A stretch of 63,890 nucleotides of DNA, filler included, from Vicugna vicugna (taxonomy: Eukaryota): NCBI GenBank assembly GCA_013265495.1. It is 76 parts of 75 records of this genome, joined end to end, with 100 filler letters (N's around TTAATTAATTAA, not from the genome) between each part and the next. Parts side by side here need not be neighbours in the genome. Positions count along the whole stretch, not along the records: positions 1 to 696 come from PNXW01013696.1; positions 797 to 1,248 come from MU060291.1; positions 1,349 to 1,902 come from PNXW01013699.1; positions 2,003 to 2,684 come from PNXW01013700.1; positions 2,785 to 3,396 come from PNXW01013703.1; positions 3,497 to 4,126 come from PNXW01013704.1; positions 4,227 to 5,210 come from PNXW01013708.1; positions 5,311 to 5,801 come from PNXW01013709.1; 68 more parts are not named here. One strand, 5' to 3'. The position numbers and the translations under genes were made by a program. Under the pieces are notes generated by a model, which searched no databases, was not told where the DNA came from, and saw only the letters and a program-made list of their open reading frames with translations. Shown one piece after another: positions 1 through 11,459 of the stretch. Within the stretch, counting starts at the first letter, position 1; every line of letters begins with the position of its first letter.

Positions 1-82
1 GGATGCTTGCGTTTAGCCGAATTCATCGGCAATAATGGCGGGATGATCTGGACCTGAATGCATAAGTCATTATTTAAAAATT

Positions 83-696
83 AAAAAAGGGGGAGTTGCG
101 GGGGGCCACTCATGACCTGAGGGCTGCCGAGCACAGAAACTGTGCCTAAACTCCCAGAGTGCGGGGCGTCAGGCTCTAAGGCTGACTGAGCAAAGACAAT
201 CTATGTCCCGCCACCCCTTTGTTAGAAAAACAGCAGGTGCATTTGGAGTCGGAAAAACATCTTGATGCCATTGAGTTATTAAGAACAGGGGCTTTTGGAA
301 AGAGAGATACAGGTCACACAAGTTAGTGATCTTAGTAACAATCACCTGAGTTACCAATACACAAGTTACATAAGTTAGTGATCTTAGCGACAATTACCTG
401 AGTTACCAATACACAAATCTTAGCCTAGAGGAACAATACAGTAATCAATAATGTTAGCTCATGGGGAACGGTAAGTCTTGATTGATGAGAAATATAAACA
501 ATAATGATGTATGTAACTATGCACAAGTTACTGATTTTAGTACACATAGTTAAGAGATCATAAAAACAATCCGTTACCTACGATAGTGTTGCCTATGGGT
601 TAAAAGCATATAAATTAACTGCTGGAAATAAACACGAGGTCCAAACTTGATCTAGTGTCTTGCGGGCTAGAGTGAGACCCTCTCCCCCAGGTTTTA
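83..696 (+). mobile_element. Class II (betaretrovirus-like) ERV polypurine tract and 3' LTR, truncated by contig end
   Basis: PPT AAAAAAGGGGGAG (83-95) is followed by LTR start TGCGGGGGGCC at 97, resembling the JSRV-type start. TATAAA (609-614) lies close to AATAAA (627-632), implying a short R. U3 carries direct repeats with a 52-bp period. Confidence 0.75.
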
Positions 697-796
697 NNNN
701 NNNNNNNNNNNNNNNNNNNNNNNNNNNNNNNNNNNNNNNNTTAATTAATTAANNNNNNNNNNNNNNNNNNNNNNNNNNNNNNNNNNNNNNNNNNNN
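697..796. other. Artificial scaffold-joining spacer N44-TTAATTAATTAA-N44 (first of about 75 copies, last core at 62881)
   Basis: An identical 12-mer with stops in all six frames is centred in a 100-nt N block. It recurs every ~0.4-1.5 kb between unrelated sequences. Confidence 0.98.
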
Positions 797-1037
797 TCCA
801 CATATGAGCGATCTCATATGGTATTTTACTTTCTCTTTCTGCTTACCTCACTTAGAATGACGTTCTCTAGGAGAATCCATGTTGCTGCAAATGGCGTTAT
901 GTTGTCAGTTTTTATGGCTGAGTAGTATTCCATTGTATAAATATACCACATCTTCTTTATCCAGTCACCTGTTGATGGACATTTAGGCTGTTTCCATGTT
1001 TTGGCTATTGTAAATAGTGCTGCTATGAACATTGGGG
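797..1037 (-). mobile_element. LINE-1 ORF2 C-terminus fragment
   Basis: Translates to PMFIAALFTIAKTWKQPKCPSTGDWIKKMWYIYTMEYYSAIK, the conserved end of L1 ORF2. Confidence 0.95.
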
Positions 1038-1348
1038 NNNNNNNNNNNNNNNNNNNNNNNNNNNNNNNNNNNNNNNNNNNNNNNNNNNNNNNNNNNNNNN
1101 NNNNNNNNNNNNNNNNNNNNNNNNNNNNNNNNNNNNNNNNNNNNNNNNNNNNCACTGTTTTCTGGCTGCACGGAAGGTTTTATTTCTTTATCAGCATTTT
1201 AAGAAACTTTTGTAATGAAGGTTTTCACGAGTTTATACAACCCTCTATNNNNNNNNNNNNNNNNNNNNNNNNNNNNNNNNNNNNNNNNNNNNTTAATTAA
1301 TTAANNNNNNNNNNNNNNNNNNNNNNNNNNNNNNNNNNNNNNNNNNNN

Positions 1349-1902
1349 ACACTCTAGGCTGCACTCCGAGGTAGACAGGCAGGGAGAGAGGCATACAGAC
1401 AAACTGTAGGCTGCCCTCCCATGTAGACAGGCACACAGAGACACCCTAGGCAGCACTCCCAGGTAGACAGGCACACAGATACACTCTAGGCTGCACTTCC
1501 AGGTAGATAGGCACACACACAGACACTTTAGGCAGCACTCCAAGGTGGACAGGCACACAGAGTCACTCTAGGCTGCACTCCCAGTTAGACAGGCAGGGAG
1601 AGAGGCACACAGAGACACTCTAGGCTGCTCTCCCAGGTAGACAGGCACAGAGATACAGTCTAGGCTACACTCCCAGGTAGACAGGCACAAAGAGACACTC
1701 TAGGCTGCACTCCCAGGTTGACAGGCACACAGAGACACTCTAGGCTGCTCTCACAGGTAGAAGGCACACAGCACTCTAGGCAGCACTCCCAGGTACACAG
1801 GCACACAGAGACACTGTTGGCTGCACTCCCAGGTAGACAGGCAGGGAGGGAGGCTATGAGAGAGGCACACAGACAAACTGTAGGCTGCTCTCACATGTAG
1901 AC
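1349..1902. repeat. 40-bp GC-rich minisatellite (consensus CACTCTAGGCTGCACTCCCAGGTAGACAGGCACACAGAGA)
   Basis: About 13 tandem units with period 40 (e.g. 1441 vs 1481). Some units carry a GCAGGGAGAGAG-type insertion. Confidence 0.93.
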
Positions 1903-2002
1903 NNNNNNNNNNNNNNNNNNNNNNNNNNNNNNNNNNNNNNNNNNNNTTAATTAATTAANNNNNNNNNNNNNNNNNNNNNNNNNNNNNNNNNNNNNNNNNN
2001 NN

Positions 2003-2684
2003 AAAAAGAGATCAATATAAAAATAGAGTATTACACTCATTAAATTACATATGGACCCAACACCATAGACCTAAGTATAAAAAGAAATATTAGTAGACAT
2101 GAAGGAATTAATTCATTATGAAACAATAATAGTAGATGAGTTTAACACCTTACTATTCTGATGGCCGTATCATCCAGAAAGAATATCTGTAAGGAAACAG
2201 AGGTCTTAATAGCAGATTAGGTCATTTGAACCTAACTGAGCTATAGGACACAGCATCAGAAAAGCAGAACACATAGGCTTCTCAAGTGTGCACATGTTGT
2301 TATCAAAGGAATTAACCACATATTTTGTCATTAAAAGAGCCTCAGAAAATTTATGCAAATAAAGATTACAGCAAGTATTTTTCTATACACAAAATTATGA
2401 AAATATGCATCAACTCTAGAAAGAAGAACAGGAAAAGCACAACATGAGATTAAATCACATCCTTTAAAAAAATACAATAAAACAAGGTCAATGATGAAAT
2501 CAAAGAGGTAGTAAAATCATACCTGGAGACATATTACAATGAAAACACAGCTTCATCACATGTATGGGATGCAGTAAAGGCAAATATAAGAGGGAAGTTT
2601 AGAACAGTTCAGGCCTTCTACAAGGAAAAAGAAAAAACTCACACAAAAGACCAAGCTTACCAACCAAAATAACTAGATACAAAA
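2003..2684 (+). mobile_element. Degenerate LINE-1 ORF2 endonuclease/linker region
   Basis: A-rich with L1 EN landmarks: ACAATAATAGTAGATGAGTTTAACACC (TIIVGDFNT-like), TTCTCAAGTGTGCACATG, and TATGGGATGCAGTAAAGGCA...AGAGGGAAGTTT-like (WDAAKAVLRGKF-like). Confidence 0.88.
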
Positions 2685-2784
2685 NNNNNNNNNNNNNNNN
2701 NNNNNNNNNNNNNNNNNNNNNNNNNNNNTTAATTAATTAANNNNNNNNNNNNNNNNNNNNNNNNNNNNNNNNNNNNNNNNNNNN

Positions 2785-3396
2785 TATATTCTCTGTTCTA
2801 CATTCTATATTCAACATTCTATATTCTGTGTACTGCATTCTATATTCTAAATTCTGTGTTCTTAATTCCATGTTCTAAATTCTGGGTTTTGTATTCTCTA
2901 TTCTATATTCTATATTCTGTGTTCTTCACTCTGTATTCTACATTCAATTTCTGTATTTTATATTCTATATTCTGTCCTACATTCCATGTTCTAAATTCTG
3001 GGTTCTGTATTCTTTATTCTATATTCTGTGTTCTAAAATCTATATTCTTCATTCTTTATGTTTATTCTGTATTCTATATCCTATATTTTGTGTTATTCAT
3101 TCCATGTTCTATTTTCTGTGTTCTGTATTATGTATTATCTATTCTAATCTCTGTGTTCTGCATTCCATGTTCTAAACTTGGACTCTGTATTCTGTATTCT
3201 ATATTCTATATTCTGTGTTCTATATTCTATATTCGACATTCTATTTCTGTATTCTATATTCTATATTCTGTGAGTTCGGCATTCAATTTTCTAAATTCTG
3301 GGTTCTGAATTCTGTATTCTATATTCAATATTCTGTGTTCTACATTTTGTGTTCTTCATTCTATATTCTGTATTGTATATTCTATATTCTGTGCTC
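2785..3396 (+). repeat. Degenerate heptamer satellite (TATATTC/TCTGTGT/TCTAAAT variants)
   Basis: 7-bp periodicity of TTCTATA-like units across the whole contig. Confidence 0.93.
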
Positions 3397-3496
3397 NNNN
3401 NNNNNNNNNNNNNNNNNNNNNNNNNNNNNNNNNNNNNNNNTTAATTAATTAANNNNNNNNNNNNNNNNNNNNNNNNNNNNNNNNNNNNNNNNNNNN

Positions 3497-4126
3497 CACA
3501 GAGACATGAGGAAAACCCTCAGGGGAGACGAGCTCATGCATTTGAATAGAACCCACGCGCTGCCTACCGTTGATGGAACCTCCCCACGCTCAGGATTCCG
3601 GAACCATTGTCAGTGCGTGGGGGATCTCGAGAGACAACTCCACGCAGCTCTCTTCAGTCACAGGTGTTCCCTGCTCGGTGATGTCAAAGAAATACCTTCC
3701 CTGACCATGGGGAGGCAGCCTCTGTCACTGGGATTTCCTGCAAACATCCCTAGCATTCCCTGTCACAGAGACATGAGGAAAACCTCATGGGAGAGGAGCT
3801 AAGGCATTCCCTTAGAACCCACGCTTTGCCGACCTTTGGTGGAACCTCCCCACGCTCAGAATTCCGGAACTATTGTCATTGAGTGGGGGAGCTCGAGACA
3901 CAACTCCACGCAGCTCTCTTCATTCACAGGATTTCCCTGCTTGGGGAAGTCCGAGAATTAACTTCCCTGAGCTGGGGGAGGAAGCCTCTGTCACTGGGGT
4001 TTCCTGCAACCCCCCCTAGCATTCTCTGGCACAGAGACATGAGGGAAACCATAGGGGAGACGAGCACAGGCATTCCCTTAAAACCCACGCGTTGCCGACT
4101 GGTGTGGAACCTCCCCACGCTCAGGA
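3497..4126 (+). repeat. 267-bp GC/CpG-rich satellite
   Basis: Tandem monomers with the motifs GAGCTCGAGAGACAACTCCACGCAGCTCTCTTCAGTCACAGG and GGTGGAACCTCCCCACGCTCAGGATTCCGGAAC. Confidence 0.95.
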
Positions 4127-4226
4127 NNNNNNNNNNNNNNNNNNNNNNNNNNNNNNNNNNNNNNNNNNNNTTAATTAATTAANNNNNNNNNNNNNNNNNN
4201 NNNNNNNNNNNNNNNNNNNNNNNNNN

Positions 4227-4899
4227 AGCTTTTAGTGAGAATAAAAAGAAGAGTTGAGATTAAAAATTCTTCTCTGTTGTCTTCATTGGCTGAAGATTTC
4301 AAAAAGAAAAACTTTAAATCAGGGGTAATGTCGATAAACATAATTCTGATTTTGTGGCTGACACTAGTGGAGAAAGTGCATTTTTACCTTCTGCAAATTT
4401 AAACATGCCTCTAATAAGAAAGCCCTCTACTAGCCACATAATTGGTGATACAACAACCCCGATCAGAGGTGATTTTCCTCCTCCATCATCAATAGATTTT
4501 CCTCCTCCATTATCAATGTCAGTGAGACCCACCAGAACAAATTGCAGTGGATCAACGAGCTATTTTCAATCAGTTCACCCCGTCCACGGGCACTCTCAAA
4601 TCAGCTACAATGAAACAAATGTTCGTATTGTGAACTCCATTACAATTACAACTTGTATTTCTCAGTACAGCATCTTCTCTCCCATACAGAGCAATTATTT
4701 TAGATTGATGTTGGAGCCTTCTACTTTTCCATAAAGATATCACAAAATATCTGCCAATGAACTTCATTTTCCTAAACTTCAACCAGGGATCAACCCACGC
4801 ATTTCAGTGCCAGTGATAGCTGATAAATCAGTTACCTCTCTTTCAAGGCCAACTCATCAGACATTTTCAGTTTATGAACGTCAAACTAATTACAACTGA
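4227..4899 (+). pseudogene. HSFY: HSFY (heat shock factor, Y-linked) exon 2 fragment, disabled
   Basis: Reconstructed LLVRIKRRVEIKNSS...EDFKKKNF...NLNMPL...PIRGDFPPP...EQIAVDQRAIFNQ...SQYSIFSPIQSNYFRLMLEPS...VIADKS...TNYN* matches the recalled HSFY C-terminal half. Lesions are frameshifts near 4324, 4527 and 4577, an in-frame TAA at 4732-4734 and a 24-bp duplication. The natural TGA is at 4897-4899. Confidence 0.88.
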
Positions 4900-5901
4900 T
4901 CAACCAGAGGACTACCAGATTATGCAGGATAACAGTAGTTAAAATTGATGTTGGCAAATGTCATCAAATATCTGCAATTTTCTTTTTTTAACAATAATCA
5001 TAGGTGTGTACCTGTATTTTCCTTATTTTTTTTAAATATAGCATATAGTTAAACAGGAGACTAAGTTGCCATTTAACGATAGAAAGAGATATCTGATTGA
5101 TATGATCTTTTTATGGAAAAATATGGGAGTAAATTTAAATAATTCCTTGTAAGGAAGAAAAAAATATGGAAGAATTTGGAAAAAGACTAAAACATGGAGA
5201 AAGGGAAAATNNNNNNNNNNNNNNNNNNNNNNNNNNNNNNNNNNNNNNNNNNNNTTAATTAATTAANNNNNNNNNNNNNNNNNNNNNNNNNNNNNNNNNN
5301 NNNNNNNNNNGGCCTTGAACGGGGGTTGCACGCTGCGTTTCATCTGGCGCTGCCATTTCCACGCTCTGCCTTTAGCACATTGCTTTGCCAGTCAGGGTTG
5401 TTACCATTTTAACTGTAAGGTGAGGAGTCTAGAGTAGATGATCCACCCCAGCTCTGCTGTTTTGCAAATTTCTGATTTCGTATTCGGATGAGTCTGGGAT
5501 ACACCCAGAGCACTATAAACCAGGCCCTACCTCCTGCCTATTGCTGGGGCATCCCTCAGGTCTGTGCCTTCTACTCAACCCTTTACTGAGCCCAGCTTTT
5601 GTCAGGAGCCCAAGTGCCTAATGGGATGACAGGGGACTTGTCTTTCGTGGTCACTGTGGCCAAGAATTCTATTGGTTGTGCTGAAACAACTCTTTTGTGA
5701 TCCTCCACCCACCCTTGCTCACACCTAAGGACAGCCCTATGGTTCCTTTCCTAGGATGAGGATCAATCCATGGTGCATTTTATGACAATCCTGTCCCCAG
5801 GNNNNNNNNNNNNNNNNNNNNNNNNNNNNNNNNNNNNNNNNNNNNTTAATTAATTAANNNNNNNNNNNNNNNNNNNNNNNNNNNNNNNNNNNNNNNNNNN
5901 N

Positions 5902-6605
5902 TCTCCCCTGAGGGTTTTCCTAATTTCTCTGGGCCAGAGAATGCTACTGGTGTTTTCAGGTTATCCCAGGGACAGAGGCTGTTTCCCCAAGGTCAGGGAA
6001 TATATTTCTCGGACTTACCGGAACAGGGAACACCTGTGACTGAAGAGAGTTGCGTGGAGTTTCTCTCGAGCTCCCCAAAGCACTGACAATTGTTCCGGAA
6101 TCCTGAGCGTTGGGAGTTTCCACCAACGGTCGGCAGCGTGTGGGTTCTAACGGAATGCCTAAGGTCGTCTCCCCTGAGGGTTTTCCTAATGTCTCTGTGC
6201 NNNNNNNNNNNNNNNNNNNNNNNNNNNNNNNNNNNNNNNNNNNNNNNNNNNNNNNNNNNNNNNNNNNNNNNNNNNNNNNNNNNNNNNNNNNNNNNNNNNN
6301 NNNNNNNNNNNNNNNNNNNNNNNNNNNNNNNNNNNNNNNNNNNNNNNNNNNNNNNNNNNNCTGTGCCAGGGAATGCTAGGGGGATTTGCAGGATATCCCA
6401 GTGACAGAGGCTGCCTCCCCAAGGTCAGGGAAGTTATTTCTCGGACTTCCCCGAACAGGGAACACCTGTGACTTAAGAGAACTGCGTGGAGTCCCTCCCG
6501 AGCTCCCCCAAGCGCTGACAATGTTTCCGGAACCCTGAGCGTGGGGAGGTTCCAACAAATGTCCGCAGCGCGTGGGTTCTAACAGAAAGCCTAAGCTCGT
6601 CTCCC
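5902..6605 (-). repeat. 267-bp satellite
   Basis: Reverse complement of the same monomer motifs, with an internal gap. Confidence 0.95.
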
Positions 6606-6705
6606 NNNNNNNNNNNNNNNNNNNNNNNNNNNNNNNNNNNNNNNNNNNNTTAATTAATTAANNNNNNNNNNNNNNNNNNNNNNNNNNNNNNNNNNNNNNN
6701 NNNNN

Positions 6706-6962
6706 CGCCACCTGCCCCGGCGCCCCTGCCACAGCTGCCAAGGGCCAGGTTTGCCCCTACCACCTCTGACCAGCCGGGATCCCCTCAGTCCGCGGCTGGC
6801 GTCCCCTTCCCCTCTCCCGCCCGCGAGTCCTCTCCTCCCTGGCTTCCTCTCCTCGGCCGCCGGCCCGTTCACGCCCCTGGGAGGGCTGTGTCCGGGCGGG
6901 CGGGGACTGCGGACCCGGACGGGCCGGGGGGCTGGGGCTGGGGCTGGGGCTGTCCTCCGAGC
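6706..6962. promoter_or_regulatory. CpG-island-like GC-rich segment with GC box
   Basis: Very high GC with dense CpG and GGGCGGGG near 6893. Consensus splice donors follow downstream in the same scaffold. Confidence 0.55.
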
Positions 6963-7003
6963 NNNNNNNNNNNNNNNNNNNNNNNNNNNNNNNNNNNNNN
7001 NNN

Positions 7004-7262
7004 GGGAGCGTCACAGCGAGGTTCTGTCTCCCCCCTCCATGTTTCTGCCTCAGGTAAGTACCTTGAACACTTTCAGGTGTTATGATGGCGGTGCTTGTTG
7101 ATGTCACGTGTTTTTATAGTGAGATGAGAGGGAGGAAAAGGGAGCGTCAGTGCTGAGCGAGCTTCGGTCTCCTCCCTCAGTGTTTCTGCCCCAGGTAAGT
7201 ACCTTGAACACTTTCAGGTGTTATGATGGCGGTGCTTGTTGATGTCACGTGTTTTTATAGTG
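7004..7262 (+). repeat. ~140-bp tandem duplication, each copy with a CAG|GTAAGT donor
   Basis: 7051-7121 is identical to 7192-7262, while the 5' halves are diverged. Confidence 0.85.
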
Positions 7263-8533
7263 TGAGGGCTTACAGTGTTGAAAGCAAGGCTTGGTTCATT
7301 TAAAAATGAACTGAAGGCATGAGGCTGTGACATCCTCTTTCCTTCCCTCTCCCAGGGTGAAACGTGAGACCATCGATCTTAAAAAGATAGTTACAGTCTC
7401 TAACTAGCCCAGCCCAGCTAGTGTAACAGGAACAGCACCACCAGAGGCCTTGGAGACCCAGGGATATTGCAGTCCTAAAGTGCTCCTGGCATAGTTTGGC
7501 TTGTTTAGGTTTTTTGTTTTTCTTAAATTGTGGTGTGGNNNNNNNNNNNNNNNNNNNNNNNNNNNNNNNNNNNNNNNNNNNNTTAATTAATTAANNNNNN
7601 NNNNNNNNNNNNNNNNNNNNNNNNNNNNNNNNNNNNNNGTACTCAAGGAGCTCTGTTTTATAGAAGTGATTTAGGAATAGAAGAATTACCTACTGCCCAA
7701 AGTGGCATAGCTAATAAGTAATGGAGCTGAGATTTAAACTAAAAACTCAGGCCATCTGGTTCCCATCAATTTGCTCCTCTATAGTAGCATAAATAATTCT
7801 TATTCTTTAATTTAGTATTCAATAATTTTTAAGTATGCAGGCATTGTTCTAGACTTGATATGAGAATCAGGTAATACCAGATTCTGTAGGAGATACAAAG
7901 ACATAATCCCTTCCTTCAAAGATGAACAATCTGATAAATGCCAGGCTACTTTCACAAGCTACTTTTAAATGAAATATGATCACAGGTCAGAATACATAAA
8001 CAAATAACGGTTAATTAAAAGAAATGTATTTCTTGTGATCACAACAAGCAGCAGAAGACATGTAGTGAACCTGGAAGTGAGCAGACGTGCTGGAATGCTA
8101 GCTGAACACTGACTCGTTTTCCTTCTCTTTTTCACATAATAAAAGTTACTAACAGTCTGTTAAGACTAAAAGAATCATTAAACTTAATGTAAGAAGAACG
8201 TACAGTGTATACTATCCATCTTGACTGTGAAGTTACAGTTCACTATTTAGTTCAAGACAGATTGTTTGTAAGGAACACTCATACATTCAAAAATATTTAA
8301 GTGAGCATCACTATATGTCCAGCTGGTGCTATAGCGCATCTCCATGTGGGAGTTTTCAATCCAGTTGAGGGACTCAGAAATAAACAAGTTAACAAAAATA
8401 AGTAAAACATATAGTATAAGAGATGTGGATAACNNNNNNNNNNNNNNNNNNNNNNNNNNNNNNNNNNNNNNNNNNNNTTAATTAATTAANNNNNNNNNNN
8501 NNNNNNNNNNNNNNNNNNNNNNNNNNNNNNNNN

Positions 8534-9004
8534 CTTGTATGCAGCATATTGAAGGTTCTTGCTTTATTATCCAGTATGTCACTCTATGAATTTCAACTGG
8601 AGAATTTAATCCATTAACATTTACATTAATTGATGATAGGTTTGAGTTTATTGCCATTTTTACCATATTTTCCATTTGATTTATTATTTCCTCTTTGTTC
8701 CTTTCATCTTCCTTTTATGGTTTGGTAATTTTCCTTTGTATTAGGTTTGGTAATTTTCCTTTGTATTTTCATGAATTTTATTTAGTTTTATTGACTCCCT
8801 GATAAGTTTATTTATTCTTGTTACCCTTTTTTATAAGTCTTTTTGACAATTACTATAACTGATTTTATTAAAATGATATTAACATGATCTCAAACCCATC
8901 CTACTGAGAACAAAAAGTTTTAAAATGAAAGAACAAAAAAAAATTCTCTATTTTTCTGTCTCCCTTTCCCACTCTCAATGATTTCTATGTCTTGTTTTAA
9001 AATT
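8534..9004 (-). mobile_element. LINE-1 ORF2 start and upstream inter-ORF region
   Basis: ATG at 8657 gives MAINSNLSSINVNVNGLNSPVEIHRVTYWIIKQEPSICCIQ, the L1 EN N-terminus (NVNGLN...ICCLQE). Confidence 0.9.
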
Positions 9005-9104
9005 NNNNNNNNNNNNNNNNNNNNNNNNNNNNNNNNNNNNNNNNNNNNTTAATTAATTAANNNNNNNNNNNNNNNNNNNNNNNNNNNNNNNNNNNNNNNN
9101 NNNN

Positions 9105-9569
9105 ACGCGCTGCTGACCGTTGGTGGAACCTCTCCACGCTCAGGATTCCTGAAACTGTGTCAGTGCATGGGAGAGCACGAGAGACAACTCCACGCAGCTC
9201 TCTTCAGTCACAGGTGTTCCCTGTTCGGGGAAGTACGCTAAATAAATTCCCTGACCTTGTGGTGGCAGGCTCTGACACTGGGATATCCTGCAAACACCCC
9301 TAGCATTCCCTGGCACAGAGACATTAGGAAAACACTCAGGGGAGACGAGCTTAGGCTTTCCGTTAGAACCCACGCGCTGCCGACGGTTTTTGAGCTCAGG
9401 ATTCCGGAACCATTGTCAGTGCGTGGGGGAGCTCGAGAGACAACTCCACGCAGCTCTCTTCAGTCACAGGTGTTCCCTGTTCGGGGAAGCCCGAGAAATA
9501 CCTTCCCTGAATTTGGGGATGCAACCTATGACACTGAGATATCCTGCAATCACCCCTAGCATTCCCTGG
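9105..9569 (+). repeat. 267-bp satellite
   Basis: Same monomer motifs, with a short internal deletion near 9388. Confidence 0.95.
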
Positions 9570-9669
9570 NNNNNNNNNNNNNNNNNNNNNNNNNNNNNNN
9601 NNNNNNNNNNNNNTTAATTAATTAANNNNNNNNNNNNNNNNNNNNNNNNNNNNNNNNNNNNNNNNNNNN

Positions 9670-9701
9670 TGTGCTCTACCACTGAGCTATTTCCCTAGCC
9701 C
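9670..9701 (-). mobile_element. 5' head of a tRNA-derived SINE (pol III A box), truncated by the gap
   Basis: The minus strand reads GGGCTAGGGAAATAGCTCAGTGGTAGAGCAC. Confidence 0.65.
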
Positions 9702-9836
9702 AAAGATCTTAAGCTAACTGGATGTTTTGATTAGGAGAGTGAGTGTGTGTGTGTGTGTGTGTGGTGTCTTTGATTATTAAAAATGATGGAAGTTACTAGT
9801 CCTGCCTTAGTATTTGGTAGACATGATCTTTTAAAA

Positions 9837-10180
9837 CAATAATTCTAAAAGTTTTGGGGTTTAGGATATTTTTTATACTATTAAAAATTATTGAGAATTC
9901 TGAAGAACTTTTAAGTGGGTTGTATCTATTGATGTTTAGTATATTAGAAAATAAAACAGAAAGATTTAGAAAACAAGCACACAGAAACATTCCATTAGCC
10001 ATTAGAGCTATGATGTTATCACATGTCATATATCTGGAAACTTCCACTGCACACTTAACGGAGAATGAGAATGAAAATAGCGTTCAGTATTATTGTGAAA
10101 TTAGTTTTGACCTCCTGGACTCCCTAGATGGAGGGAACTTGGGGCTTCAGGGCTTCTCAGATGGCACTTGAGAACTGCTG
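9837..10180 (-). mobile_element. MER58B-like hAT-Charlie non-autonomous DNA transposon, full length
   Basis: About 344 bp with termini CAATAATTCTAAAAG... and ...TTGAGAACTGCTG and internal GTTTTGACCTC and CATTCCATTAGCC motifs. The 8-bp TSD is TTTTAAAA/TTTTAAAC. Confidence 0.8.
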
Positions 10181-10517
10181 TTTTAAACAGGGTTCATGGA
10201 TGTGAAACGATAAAGGGGCCCTTGTGATGAAGTGGGCTTTAAAGTTCACTGCTACATTTCTTGCCTTTTTTTCTTTAACTTGTCTCTAAAAGTTTAAATC
10301 TGACAACTTAATTCTTTTAAGAAAAGGAAAACATTTTTGTTACATATTTCCTGTCTCGTGGCACCCTGTACTCTATGGATCTAGCTTGTACCTAGACTTA
10401 CCCTATTTTTATATGGANNNNNNNNNNNNNNNNNNNNNNNNNNNNNNNNNNNNNNNNNNNNTTAATTAATTAANNNNNNNNNNNNNNNNNNNNNNNNNNN
10501 NNNNNNNNNNNNNNNNN

Positions 10518-10847
10518 TCTGTGCCAGGGAATGCTAGGGGTGATTACAGGATATCCCAATGTCAAAGGCTGCCTCCCCAACGTCAGACAAAGTATTTCTC
10601 GGACTTCCCCGAACAGGGAACTCCTGTGTCTGAAGAGAGCTGCGTGGAGTTTTCTCTCGAGCTTCCACACGCACTGACAATGGTTCCGGAATCCTGAGCG
10701 TGGGGAGGTTCCACCAACCGTCGGCAGCGTGTGTGTTCTAACGGAATGCCTAAGCTCGTCTCCCCTGAGGATTTTTCTAATGTCTCTGTGCCAGGGAAAG
10801 CTTGGGGGGTTTGCAGGATATCCCAGTGAAAGAGGCTGCCTCCCCAA
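10518..10847 (-). repeat. 267-bp satellite
   Basis: Reverse-complement monomer motifs. Confidence 0.95.
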
Positions 10848-10947
10848 NNNNNNNNNNNNNNNNNNNNNNNNNNNNNNNNNNNNNNNNNNNNTTAATTAAT
10901 TAANNNNNNNNNNNNNNNNNNNNNNNNNNNNNNNNNNNNNNNNNNNN

Positions 10948-11459
10948 TGTGGGTTTGTTATAAATAGCTTTCATTATGTTGAGATATGTTCCGTCTATGC
11001 CCACTTAGGTAAGAATTTTTTTCATAAATGATTTTTGAATTTTATCAAATGCTTTTTCTGCATATATTGAGATGATCATGTGATTTTTGTCCTTTCTTTC
11101 GTTGATTTGGTGTATCACATTGTTTGATTTGTGTATATTGAACCATCCCAAAAAAAAATTGATTTGTGTATATTGAACCATCCCTGTGATGAATCCAACT
11201 TGATCATTGTGTATGACTTTTTATGTGTCGTTGGAATCTGCTAATATTTTGTGAGGGATTTTTGCATCTATGTTCATCAATGATATTGGCCTATAATTTT
11301 CTTTTTTGTTAGTATATTTACATGGTTTTGATATTGGGGTGGGGTGATGGTTGTAGAATGAGTTTGGTACTATTCCCTCCTCTTCAATCTTTTGGAAGAG
11401 TTTGAGAAGGATCGATAGGAGTTCTTCTTTGTATGTTTGGTAGAATTCCCCAGTGAAAC
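10948..11459 (-). mobile_element. LINE-1 ORF2 reverse transcriptase region
   Basis: Antisense L1 RT landmarks: AAATGCTTTTTCTGCATATATTGAGATGATCATG (HMIISIDAEKAF-like) and TTTTGCATCTATGTTCATCAATGATATTGG. Confidence 0.92.

Noticed and set aside
9479..9497. CENP-B box in the 267-bp satellite (TTCGGGGAAG.CCGAG)
   Set aside because: Spacing and 3' bases do not fit the TTCGNNNNANNCGGG core, so it is only a near miss.
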